From Rhodanobacteraceae bacterium (lineage in GTDB: Bacteria > Pseudomonadota > Gammaproteobacteria > Xanthomonadales > SZUA-5), in the NCBI GenBank assembly GCA_016713135.1, contig JADJPR010000012.1, positions 12,601 to 76,600 on the forward strand: a DNA stretch of 64,000 nt, given 5' to 3'. Under the pieces are notes generated by a model that was given only the letters and a program-made list of their open reading frames with translations, did not search any database and was not told the origin of the DNA. The position numbers and the translations under genes were made by a program. This document shows positions 19,942 through 30,948 of this stretch, piece after piece. How positions within the stretch are numbered: the stretch's first letter is position 1; the number at the start of each line of letters is the position of its first letter.

Positions 19942-20672
19942 ATGAACTACATCGCCGAACGCCGTCAGGAAGAAAAGGAAGCCCGCCGCAACCAGATCGT
20001 GGATGCGGCCGAGGAAGCGTTGAAGAGCGCCGAATGGGAAACCCTGACGATCGACCAGGTTGCGCGTCGCGCGCGGCTGTCGCGGGCCTTGGTGTATGTC
20101 TACTTCAAGGACAAGTTCGACCTCCATTGCGCCATCGCGGAGCGCGCGCTGCAACTGCTGGCCGACCGCTTCGCGCAGGCGGCCGAACGCCCCGCGCGCG
20201 GGGTGGACAAGGTCGAGGCGCTAGGCCGTGCCTATGTCGCCTTCGCGCACGAGTTCCCGCATTACTTCGCGGCGCTGGCGCGCTTCGAAACCCATGAGGT
20301 CACGCATGTCGAACACGAAAGCAACGAGGCCGCCTGCATGGTCGCCGGCGAGCGCGTGCACGCGATCATGGTGCGCTGCATCGAGGAAGGCATCGCCGAC
20401 GGCAGCATCCGCAGCGACCTGGGCAACCCCTACCTGACCGCGTGACCCTGTGGGGCTTCATGCACGGGATCATCCAGATCAGCCAGACCAAGGCCAACAT
20501 GCTCGCCAGCGATGGCATCAGCACCCAGCAGCTGATCGGCCACGCGCTGAAGATGGCGATGCTGGGGATGGCGCCGAAGGGAAGCGGTGTTGGTGTAGGG
20601 GGAGGGGGGGGGACCTGCTACCGCACAGATGCAAAGGGTTGCAGCCTGAGCGCACCCACACAACCACACTGA
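19942..20672 (+). pseudogene. TetR/AcrR-family repressor, split by an apparent 1-nt frameshift near 20441-20445
   Basis: ORF 19942..20445 carries the HTH (TIDQVARRARLSRALVYVYFKDK) and ends ...GNPYLTA*. The overlapping ORF 20442..20672 continues with TLWGFMHGIIQISQTKANMLA, a typical TetR C-terminal helix. Confidence 0.7.
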
Positions 20673-20708
20673 ACCATCCCCCTGCTCTTCCCCGCTTTTC
20701 GCTCCGAA

Positions 20709-20723
20709 ATTGACACCTGTCTA
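20709..20723. promoter_or_regulatory. Possible second TetR operator (imperfect)
   Basis: aTTGACAccTGTCtAa resembles the 19904-19920 palindrome. It lies about 25 nt upstream of the TolC-like ATG. Confidence 0.3.
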
Positions 20724-20746
20724 ACCACTCGACATTTCACTACACC

Positions 20747-22153
20747 ATGACAATTCGACGAACACTGCTCGGGTGCCTGATGACGATTGCTGCCGCTGGC
20801 GCGTCGGCAGCGGACTATGCCGAGCAGGTGGCGGACTACATCGCACAAGGGCGCGAATCCAACCTGGCGCTGAACGCGGCGGGCGCGGATGTGCGCCGGG
20901 CGCAGGCGCAACTGGACGAGGCGCGGGCGCGCTGGCGGCCGACCCTGGCCCTGAGTGCGCGCTACAGCCGCGCCGATGGCGGGCGTACCATCGATCTGCC
21001 GGTGGGCGATCTGGTCAACCCGGCCTACAGCTCGCTGACCCAGCTGCTTGAGGCACAGGGCCAGCCGGCGCCGTTCGCGGACATCACCAACCAGCAGATC
21101 AGCTTCCTGCGCGAGCGCGAACAGGACACCAAGCTCAGCCTGACCACGCCGCTGTACGCACCAGCCATCGATGCCGGCATCGACGCCGCCGATGCCACGC
21201 TGGCGGCCACCGATTCGGCGCGCGCCGCCTACGCGCGCACGCTGGAGCGCGACATCGAGGTGGCCTACCTGGACTGGCTGCGCGCGAACGCGGCGCAATC
21301 GATCGTGCAGGCCAGCCGCGACCTGCTGGCGGAGAACCTGCGCGTCAACACGGTGCTGTTCGACAATGGCAAGATCACCCGCGACCAGGTGCTGCGCGCG
21401 CAAGCCGAGGTGCTGGCGCTCGAGCAGCAGGCGCTGGAGGCCGGCAACGGCGTGACGCTGGCGCGCAATTACTTCAATTTCCTGCTGAACCGGCCGCTGG
21501 ACGCGGCAATCGACGCGGCCGATGTGCCGGATCCGGTGGACTTCGCCACGCGCCGCCTCGCGGCTCTCGGTGGCGATGTCGACGCACTCGCGGACGCGCG
21601 GCTGGAAGAGTACGCGGCCAGCAAGCGCGCCGAGCTCGGCCAGATCGACGCCCAGGTGCGTGCCGCCGCCGCGGGTGTCGCCGCCGAGCGCGCGAGCTAC
21701 CAGCCGACAGTCGCCTTCGCCGTCGATGCCGGCATCCAGGGCGAGGACTACGGCTTCGGCAGCGGCCAGAACTACGCGATCGCCTCGCTGGTGTTCGACT
21801 GGCGCCTGTACGATGGCGGCCAGCGCAGGAGCCGCGTCGCCGCCGCCCGCGCCACCCTGGAACGCGCCGAGATCGCACGCAACGAAGTAGGCGACCAGAT
21901 CTCGCTGCAGGTGCGCCAGGCCGCCGACCGCCTGCGCACCGCGCGCGCCTCACTGGCCACCGCAAGCGCGCGCCAGGACGCAGCCCGGGAGGCCTTCCGC
22001 ATCGCCAGCCGAAAACGCGACGCCGGCTCCATCGCGCAGGTCGAGTTCATCGACGCGCGCACCGCGCTGACCAGCGCGGAGTTGAACCTCAACCTGACGC
22101 GCTTCGATGTGCTCGTGCGACTGGCCGAGCTGCGGGCGGCGTTGGGCATGTGA
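20747..22153 (+). CDS. TolC-family outer-membrane efflux protein
   Basis: Signal peptide MTIRRTLLGCLMTIAAAGASA. Two repeated halves with coiled segments (ARAQLDEARARWRPTL... / ...ATLERAEIARNEV). 468 aa. Confidence 0.88.
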   Translation: MTIRRTLLGCLMTIAAAGASAADYAEQVADYIAQGRESNLALNAAGADVRRAQAQLDEARARWRPTLALSARYSRADGGRTIDLPVGDLVNPAYSSLTQLLEAQGQPAPFADITNQQISFLREREQDTKLSLTTPLYAPAIDAGIDAADATLAATDSARAAYARTLERDIEVAYLDWLRANAAQSIVQASRDLLAENLRVNTVLFDNGKITRDQVLRAQAEVLALEQQALEAGNGVTLARNYFNFLLNRPLDAAIDAADVPDPVDFATRRLAALGGDVDALADARLEEYAASKRAELGQIDAQVRAAAAGVAAERASYQPTVAFAVDAGIQGEDYGFGSGQNYAIASLVFDWRLYDGGQRRSRVAAARATLERAEIARNEVGDQISLQVRQAADRLRTARASLATASARQDAAREAFRIASRKRDAGSIAQVEFIDARTALTSAELNLNLTRFDVLVRLAELRAALGM

Positions 22154-22157
22154 AAGG

Positions 22158-22270
22158 CGGGTTGTGGGTTGTGGGTTCTGAGTTGTGGGCAGCAGCAGCC
22201 TGCAATCTGGCAACCCAAGTGCAACGAAGCGGCTCTTGCCGCCCACAACCCACAACCCAGAACCCACAAC
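22158..22270. repeat. Family B hairpin element
   Basis: gggttgtgggttgtgggttctgagttgtgggcagcagcagcc ... ggctcttgccgcccacaacccacaacccagaacccacaac. It lies between the TolC-like and MFP genes. Confidence 0.85.
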
Positions 22271-22289
22271 CTCCTCAAGGAACCCCCTC

Positions 22290-23342
22290 ATGTTCCGCCC
22301 CCTCCCCAAAGCCACCCTCACCCTCGCAGTGACCGCCCTCGCCGCCTGCGCCGACAGCAATGGCGCGATCAATGCCGAGGCCGAGCGGGTGATTCCGATT
22401 GCGGTGGCCGCCGCACAGAGCGGCCCGGCGGCGCCGCCGATCCGCACCACTGCGGTGCTGGCGCACAAGGACGAGATGCGCCTGGCGTTCAAGGTCGGCG
22501 GGGTGATCGCCGAAATCGCGGTCGCCGAGGGCGCGCAGGTCAAGGCCGGCCAGGTGCTGGCGCGGCTGGAAATGGCCGAGATCGGCAGCCAGGTCGAGCA
22601 GACCCGCCAGTTGCTGGCCAAGGCCGAACGCGACCTCGAGCGCGGCGAGCGCCTTTACCAGGAGCAGGTGATCCCGCTCGAATCGCTGCAGGACCTCAAG
22701 ACCCAGCGCGACATCGCCGCGCAGAACGTCAAGGCGATGGCCTTCAATCGCGAGTACGCCGAAATCACCGCGCCGAGCGACGGCGTGGTGCTGCGCAAGC
22801 TGGCGCAGGCGCGCGAGACAGTGGCCCCCGGCGCTCCGGTGCTGGCGCTCGGCAGCGCCACCCAGGGCTTCGTGCTGAAGGCCAGCCTGTCCGACCGCGA
22901 CGTGGTGCAGCTGGCGCTGGAAGACGCCGCGACGGTGCGCTTCGATGCGCTGCCCGGCGTGGCTTTCGACGCCGCCGTGACCCGGTTGCCCGCCGCCGCC
23001 GACCCGCGCACCGGCATGTTCGATGTCGAGCTCGCGCTGGCCGCCGGCGACAAGCGCCTGAAGAGCGGCCTGGTCGCGCGCGTGGCGCTGATCCCGGCCA
23101 GCGCCAGCGACGGCGAGCGCGTGCACGTGCCGATCGCCGCGATCCTCGAAGGCGACCGCGACCGCGCCTCGGTATTCGTCTACGACGACGCCAAGCAGAG
23201 CGTGTCGCGCCGTGCCGTCGAAGTGGCCTTCATTGACGGCGACACCGTAGCCCTCACCCGCGGCCTCGACCCCGGCGCCCGCGTCGTCACCGACGGCGCG
23301 GCGTATGTGGAGGAGGGGCGGCGCGTGCGGGTGGTCGAGTGA
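22290..23342 (+). CDS. RND efflux periplasmic adaptor (MFP) lipoprotein
   Basis: MFRPLPKATLTLAVTALAAC lipobox. Lipoyl, hairpin and barrel layout (ITAPSDGVVLRKL). Confidence 0.88.
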   Translation: MFRPLPKATLTLAVTALAACADSNGAINAEAERVIPIAVAAAQSGPAAPPIRTTAVLAHKDEMRLAFKVGGVIAEIAVAEGAQVKAGQVLARLEMAEIGSQVEQTRQLLAKAERDLERGERLYQEQVIPLESLQDLKTQRDIAAQNVKAMAFNREYAEITAPSDGVVLRKLAQARETVAPGAPVLALGSATQGFVLKASLSDRDVVQLALEDAATVRFDALPGVAFDAAVTRLPAAADPRTGMFDVELALAAGDKRLKSGLVARVALIPASASDGERVHVPIAAILEGDRDRASVFVYDDAKQSVSRRAVEVAFIDGDTVALTRGLDPGARVVTDGAAYVEEGRRVRVVE

Positions 23343-23349
23343 TTGAGAA

Positions 23350-23589
23350 AGAGCGGGGCAGGGGTCAAGGGGCGGGGGAAACACATCTGCGCTCTTGCAC
23401 ACGGCAAAGCGGGTCGCGTCCCGCGACAGAGCCGTCCCCTGCGGCACCGCGTTCGCCCTGCCCCGCTCTTGCCGAGCGCGCAAGGCAGTGCATCTGCGCT
23501 CTTCCGCAAGGAAAAGGGATTTCGCCCCGCGACAGAGCTGACTTGTGCGACATCGCGTTTCCCCTGCCCCCTGACCCCTGACCCGCTCT
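23350..23589. repeat. Family C hairpin element with an internally duplicated core
   Basis: Arms are agagcggggcaggggtcaaggggcggggg ... cccctgccccctgacccctgacccgctct. The core repeats catctgcgctctt...cgcgacagagc twice. It lies between the MFP and RND genes of one operon. Confidence 0.8.
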
Positions 23590-23619
23590 TGATAAGCGCC
23601 CAGGCACCCCGAGCCCGCC

Positions 23620-26600
23620 ATGTCCTTCCTCGAATTCCCCATCAAGCGCTACCCGTTCACGCTGATCGCCTTCCTCGGGCTGATCGCGCTCGGGACTTAC
23701 TCGTTCAACTCGATCGCGCGTTCGGAAGATCCCTATTTCCCGATTCCCGCCTTCGTCATCGCCGCAGTGCTCCCGGGTGGCGATCCGGTGGAGATGGAGC
23801 GCCTGGTTTCAAAGCCGATCGAGGACCGGCTGGCGGAGCTGGATGACGTCAAGCGGATCGATTCGACCAGCGCCGATGGCCTCGCGGTGATCGTCCCCGA
23901 GTTCGTCGCCGGGGTCGACGTCGAGCGCAAGTACGAGGAGATCGTGCGCGAGCTGAATGCGCTGCGCCCGGACCTGCCGGCGGAGATCGTCCAGCTGGAG
24001 ATCAAGAAGGTCAATCCGGGCCTGGTCAACATCGTGCAGATGGCGCTCGTCAGCGAGGACGCGCCCTACGCCGAGCTGGAGGACCACGCACGCGAGCTCA
24101 AGGACATCCTGAAGGCGCTGCCGGGCGTCCGCACCGCCGAGTCCTGGGCCTACCCGGATCGCGAGCTGCGCGTGGCGCTGGACCTGAAGCGCGTGGCCGA
24201 GCTGGGCCTGACGCCGGGCCAGGTGGTCCAGGCGGTGCAGAGCGACAATGCCAACATCCCGGCCGGCAGCATCGACATCGGCCCGCGCAGCTTCGCCCTG
24301 AAGACTTCCGGCGCCTACACCTCGCTGGACCAGGTGCGCGCCACCGTGGTCAGCGCGGTCGAGGGCCGCACGGTGCGCGTGCGCGACGTCGCCGAGGTCA
24401 GCTGGGACACCGCCGAGCAGCGCTATCTCGGCCGCTACTCCGGCCAGCGCGCGGTGTTCGTCACCGCCAACCAGAAGGACGGCATCAACATCTTCGACAT
24501 GCAGGCGCGCATCGATGCGGCGTTGGACCGCTTCGAAGGCGGACTGCCGGCACGCATCAAGCTGGAGCGCGGCTTCCGCCAGAGCGAGAATGTGGGCGCG
24601 CGGCTGGACCGGCTGGGCATGGACTTCGGCATCGCGATTGGCCTGGTGCTGCTGACGCTGCTACCGCTCGGGCTGCGCGCGGCCGGTGTGGTCATGATTT
24701 CGATCCCGCTGTCGCTGGCGATGGGCCTGGCAGGCCTTTACGCGATCGGCTACTCGCTGAACCAGCTGTCGATCGCCGGTTTCGTGGTTGCGCTCGGGTT
24801 GCTGGTCGACGACTCGATCGTGGTGGTCGAGAACATCGCGCGCTTCCTGCGCATGGGTTACAGCCGCGAGCGCGCGGCGATCGAGGCCACCAAGCAGATC
24901 TTCGTCGCGATCCTTGGCTGCACCGGCACGCTGCTGTTCGCCTTCCTGCCGCTGCTGGCGCTGCCGGGCACCGCCGGCCAGTTCATCCGGGTGCTGCCGA
25001 TGGCGGTGGTGCTGACCGTGATCGCCTCGCTGATCGTGGCCCTGACCATCATCCCCTTCCTCGCCAGCCGCATGCTGCCGCGGCATGAATCGGCCGAGGG
25101 CAACTGGCTGCTGCAGGCGGTGATGCGCGGCATCCACCGCTTCTACCGCCCGCTGCTGCACTTCGCGCTGGCGCGGCCGAAGACCACCGTGGCCGCCTCG
25201 CTGGCGCTGTTCGCGGCCTCGCTGACGCTGGTTCCGGTGGTCGGCTTCAGCCTGTTCCCGAAGGCCGACACGCCGCAGTTCCTGATCACCATCACCACGC
25301 CGAACGGCGCCAGCATCGCCGAGACCGACCGCGCGCTGCGCTTCGTCGAGGACGAGCTGAAGCAGCAAGAGGAAATCGAGTTCTGGTTCAGCAACCTCGG
25401 CAAGGGCAACCCGAAGATCTACTACAACATCATCCCGGCCGAGCAGTCGTCCAACCTGGCCGAGGTCTACGCCCAGGTGAAGCACTACGACCCGGACACC
25501 ACGCCGGCCTTCATCGACGGCCTGCGCGCGAAGCTGCGCGAGTACCCGAATGCGCGCATCGTGGTGAAGGAGTTCGAGAACGGCCCGCCGATCGACGCCC
25601 CGATCGCGATCCGCGTCCTCGGCTCCGACCTCGACGTGCTCAAGCGGCTGTCCGCGGAGGTCGAAGGCATCATCAAGGCGGTGCCCGGCTCGCGCGACGT
25701 CGACAACCCGCTGCGGCTGGACCGCACCGACCTCAAGTTGCGCCTGGATGCCGAGAAAGCCGCGCTGCTCGGCGTGCCGAGCGTGGAGTTCGACCGTGCG
25801 GTGCGCCTGGCGGTCAGCGGCGTGGACGCCGGCGACTACCGCGAGACCGACGGCGAGAGCTACGACATCGTGGTGCGCACGCCGATCGACGGGCGGCCGA
25901 CGCTGGAGCAACTGGACCAGGTGCGCGTGCCCTCGCTGAGCGGCGAGATGCTCCCCGCCGGCCAGCTGGCGAAGCTGGAGTTCGACCGCTCGCCGCCGCA
26001 GATCCAGCGCTACAACCGCGAGCGCACGGTGATCGTCTCGGCCTACACCCAGACCGGGTTCAACACCGACAAGGTCACCCAGGCGGTGATCACGCAACTG
26101 CAGGCGATGGACTGGCCGCGCGGCTACCGCTTCGAGGCCGCCGGCGAGGTGGAAAGCCGCGCCGAGAGCTTCGACGGCCTGGGCATCGCCGCGCTGGTGG
26201 CGGTGTTCGGCATCCTCGCGGTGCTGGTGCTGGAGTTCGGCAGCTTCCGCTCCACCCTGATCGTCGCCACCGTGATTCCGCTCGGCGTCACCGGCGGGCT
26301 GGTCGCGCTGTTCCTGTCCGGCTACAGCCTGTCGTTCACCGCGATGATCGGCTTCATCGCGCTGGTCGGCATCGAGATCAAGAACTCGATCCTGCTGGTC
26401 GATTTCACCAACCAGCTGCGCCACGACGGGCTGTCGATCGACGAGGCGGTCGAGCGCGCCGGCGAGGTGCGCTTCCTGCCGATCCTGCTGACCAGCGCGA
26501 CCGCGATCGGCGGCCTGCTGCCGCTGGCGGTGCAGCAGGTGGGCATGTACTCGCCGATGGCCTGGGTGATCATCGGCGGGTTGGTGTCCTCCACCATCCT

Positions 26601-26691
26601 CGCGCGGCTGGTCACGCCGGTGATGTACAAGCTGCTGCCGCCGGTGCTGGAGGAGTGCTGCGAGGGGGCCGCGGTGCCAGCGGCTGCGTGA
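23620..26691 (+). CDS. RND-family efflux permease (AcrB/AcrD/AcrF type)
   Basis: 1023 aa. Twelve-TM pattern with two large periplasmic loops. N-terminus MSFLEFPIKRYPFTLIAFLGLIALG. Confidence 0.93.
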   Translation: MSFLEFPIKRYPFTLIAFLGLIALGTYSFNSIARSEDPYFPIPAFVIAAVLPGGDPVEMERLVSKPIEDRLAELDDVKRIDSTSADGLAVIVPEFVAGVDVERKYEEIVRELNALRPDLPAEIVQLEIKKVNPGLVNIVQMALVSEDAPYAELEDHARELKDILKALPGVRTAESWAYPDRELRVALDLKRVAELGLTPGQVVQAVQSDNANIPAGSIDIGPRSFALKTSGAYTSLDQVRATVVSAVEGRTVRVRDVAEVSWDTAEQRYLGRYSGQRAVFVTANQKDGINIFDMQARIDAALDRFEGGLPARIKLERGFRQSENVGARLDRLGMDFGIAIGLVLLTLLPLGLRAAGVVMISIPLSLAMGLAGLYAIGYSLNQLSIAGFVVALGLLVDDSIVVVENIARFLRMGYSRERAAIEATKQIFVAILGCTGTLLFAFLPLLALPGTAGQFIRVLPMAVVLTVIASLIVALTIIPFLASRMLPRHESAEGNWLLQAVMRGIHRFYRPLLHFALARPKTTVAASLALFAASLTLVPVVGFSLFPKADTPQFLITITTPNGASIAETDRALRFVEDELKQQEEIEFWFSNLGKGNPKIYYNIIPAEQSSNLAEVYAQVKHYDPDTTPAFIDGLRAKLREYPNARIVVKEFENGPPIDAPIAIRVLGSDLDVLKRLSAEVEGIIKAVPGSRDVDNPLRLDRTDLKLRLDAEKAALLGVPSVEFDRAVRLAVSGVDAGDYRETDGESYDIVVRTPIDGRPTLEQLDQVRVPSLSGEMLPAGQLAKLEFDRSPPQIQRYNRERTVIVSAYTQTGFNTDKVTQAVITQLQAMDWPRGYRFEAAGEVESRAESFDGLGIAALVAVFGILAVLVLEFGSFRSTLIVATVIPLGVTGGLVALFLSGYSLSFTAMIGFIALVGIEIKNSILLVDFTNQLRHDGLSIDEAVERAGEVRFLPILLTSATAIGGLLPLAVQQVGMYSPMAWVIIGGLVSSTILARLVTPVMYKLLPPVLEECCEGAAVPAAA

Positions 26692-26971
26692 GGGTTCCGT
26701 TCGCCGAAGCAAACTGGAGGGCACGGAAGTGCCGCCTCGGTGCGAAGGAGCGCCTTTGCGTGCCCTCGGGCCCGAGTGCCCTAGCGCCCTCCGGACTTAT
26801 CATCTCCAAATCAATGCCTTGTGAATTCTTGGCAAGCGAGCCGTAGGCCGGTGTGCGGCCTCAGGCCGTTCACCGGGTACTTGCGGCAAGCACCGGTGAA
26901 CGCGCGGCGCGCGTACACCGGGCTACGCTCCCGGAGCGACAGGCCGACAGGAATCGCGCTAGGCTGGCGCC

Positions 26972-27283
26972 ATGCGCATCCGTTGCTCCTTTGATGCCGG
27001 TGCGGGAGTTTGCCTTTGGGCAGCGGACGACGACGCGCGCAGCGCCCACGGCTACGCCATCGCCTTCGCCGATTTGTCGCTGAGCGATGATCTGCGCCAG
27101 CGTGGCGAGGCACTATTGGCGCAGTACGACGCCAGCCTGTGCTGGGACGACCCCATTGCACCATCGCCGTGGTCCGATGCCGAGCATCAGGCCTTCGTCC
27201 TCCAGGTGCAGCAATACCTTCACGATCTGCGGCTATATGTCGGCGATCACATGGAGATCATTTATGACATCGGCGCGTGTTGA
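26972..27283 (+). CDS. Small hypothetical protein (103 aa)
   Basis: Intact ORF with acidic, Trp-containing sequence. Third-position GC is visibly lower than in neighbouring genes. No recognisable motif. Confidence 0.45.
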   Translation: MRIRCSFDAGAGVCLWAADDDARSAHGYAIAFADLSLSDDLRQRGEALLAQYDASLCWDDPIAPSPWSDAEHQAFVLQVQQYLHDLRLYVGDHMEIIYDIGAC

Positions 27284-27343
27284 GTGCTCTGGCGCGATGT
27301 GTTCATCATCGATCCGGCCCGCCCGACTCCGAGGAAACCGTGC

Positions 27344-27769
27344 ATGCGCATGCCCATCGCGATCTGCCTGTGGCTGGCCACCGCTCCGGCGATGACGCTG
27401 GCCCAGAGCGGCTGCGGTTACGTCAGTACCAGCACCAAGCCACCGGTGTCCAAGGAGATCTACCCCGCCGCCATCCGCCAGATCGACGGCAAGGACGTGG
27501 ACGGCAGCAAGCGCATCAAGCTGACTCTGGGCGTGCACAAGATCGCGGTGCAGGAACGGATCGCGGACGAGCGCCGCGGCAACACCAAGCTGCGCAAGCT
27601 GGGCAACAAGCAGACCGAGCTGGTCCTCAAGGTGCTGGAAGTGGACGTCAAGGCCGACGGCAACTACCTGATTGGTGCCCAGTTGTACGAAGACCGCATT
27701 GACCCCGCCAAGCCGAATGACTACTGGGAGCCGGTGGTCTGGCGCACCACGCTGGATAGCTGCGGGTAG
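27344..27769 (+). CDS. Small secreted hypothetical protein (about 141 aa)
   Basis: MRMPIAICLWLATAPAMTLAQSGC signal peptide, followed by a Lys-rich, probably beta-rich sequence. The start is 61 nt after the previous stop. Confidence 0.55.
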   Translation: MRMPIAICLWLATAPAMTLAQSGCGYVSTSTKPPVSKEIYPAAIRQIDGKDVDGSKRIKLTLGVHKIAVQERIADERRGNTKLRKLGNKQTELVLKVLEVDVKADGNYLIGAQLYEDRIDPAKPNDYWEPVVWRTTLDSCG

Positions 27770-27985
27770 CGGGGAAGCGGCAAAGGCAAGAGCGGGGCAG
27801 GGGGCAGGGGGCAGGGGACCAGGCTGGCGGCATGGTCAGACCACAAGGTGGCGGGGCGTGACGGGCTGGTTTCGAGCTTTGCGCGCCCAACCCCAATTTG
27901 CCTCCATCCCCGCAAGCGCCGCCAAGCATTCCCCCTGCCCCGCTTCTCCACCCCCGCTTCTCCACCCCCGCGTCACCTTCCCCGC
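27770..27985. repeat. Family C hairpin element with a GGGGCAGGGGGCAGGGGGCAGGGG left arm
   Basis: The left arm is at 27770-27820. The right arm ccccctgccccgcttctccacccccgcttctccacccccgc is at 27931-27972. It ends just before the kinase stop codon. Confidence 0.8.
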
Positions 27986-27987
27986 CT

Positions 27988-30279
<2,292 letters not shown>

Positions 30280-30794
30280 CGGCCTGGACCACGCGGTCCA
30301 AGCGCTCGGTCAGGGTCGGGGCGCGGCTGGTTCGATGTTCCGATTGCAGCAGCATGGGCGCCGCGAAGCGGTAACCTCGCCGCGGCACCGCCTCGATCAG
30401 CGGGCGCCCGTCCTCGCTCTCGCCGAGCACGCCGGAGAGCCAGTCGAGGTGTTCGTCGATGCTGTTCCCGTCGAACTGGACCTGAGCGTCCAGGGCGCGC
30501 CGGCTGAGCGGCTGCGGGTGATGCGAGACCAGCGCCACCAGCAGGTCGAAGGTGGCTGCCGCCAGCGGCACCGGCTGGCCGCCGCGCAGCAGCAGCCGCT
30601 GCGCCGTATCCAGGCGCCAGGGACCGAATTCGTACACAGGGCGCACCGTCGCGGGCATCCTGGCTCCGGACCGTCGCCGGAGGGGCGACCGGGTGTCGCG
30701 ACAGTCTAGGCGGTTTTGCCGCGAACGGCCCGGCCGGACGGCAGCTGCGGCCCGGATTGCCGACAGTCCGGGTGAATTTGGGCCCTCTGGCCTG

Positions 30795-30823
30795 TTTACA
30801 AAATATTCACCAACGGTTAGAAC
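30795..30823 (+). promoter_or_regulatory. Candidate sigma-70 promoter of the TonB-dependent receptor gene
   Basis: TTTACA, 17 nt, TAGAAC, in a locally AT-richer patch about 125 nt upstream of the ATG at 30949. Confidence 0.35.
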
Positions 30824-30948
30824 GCGTGTCACTCGCAAACCAAACGCATCAGAGGTTCCCTGGAGAAGCCGCGAGAGACCTCGTCCGGCCAGACCGGAGC
30901 GCGCCCGGGCGCGCAGATTCTTCCCCTAGACCTACCCTGGAGCAGCAA

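Noticed and set aside
20442-20672. A 76-aa ORF as a separate small gene.
   Set aside because: Its N-terminal 45 residues are a typical TetR C-terminal helix region that continues the upstream TetR ORF after a 1-nt shift.
30824-30948. The ~125-nt 5' leader of the TonB-dependent receptor gene as a possible riboswitch (for example cobalamin) or Fur-regulated region.
   Set aside because: I could not find the B12-box or other conserved riboswitch cores, nor a GATAATGATAATCATTATC-like Fur box. Only a generic promoter-like hexamer pair is supportable.
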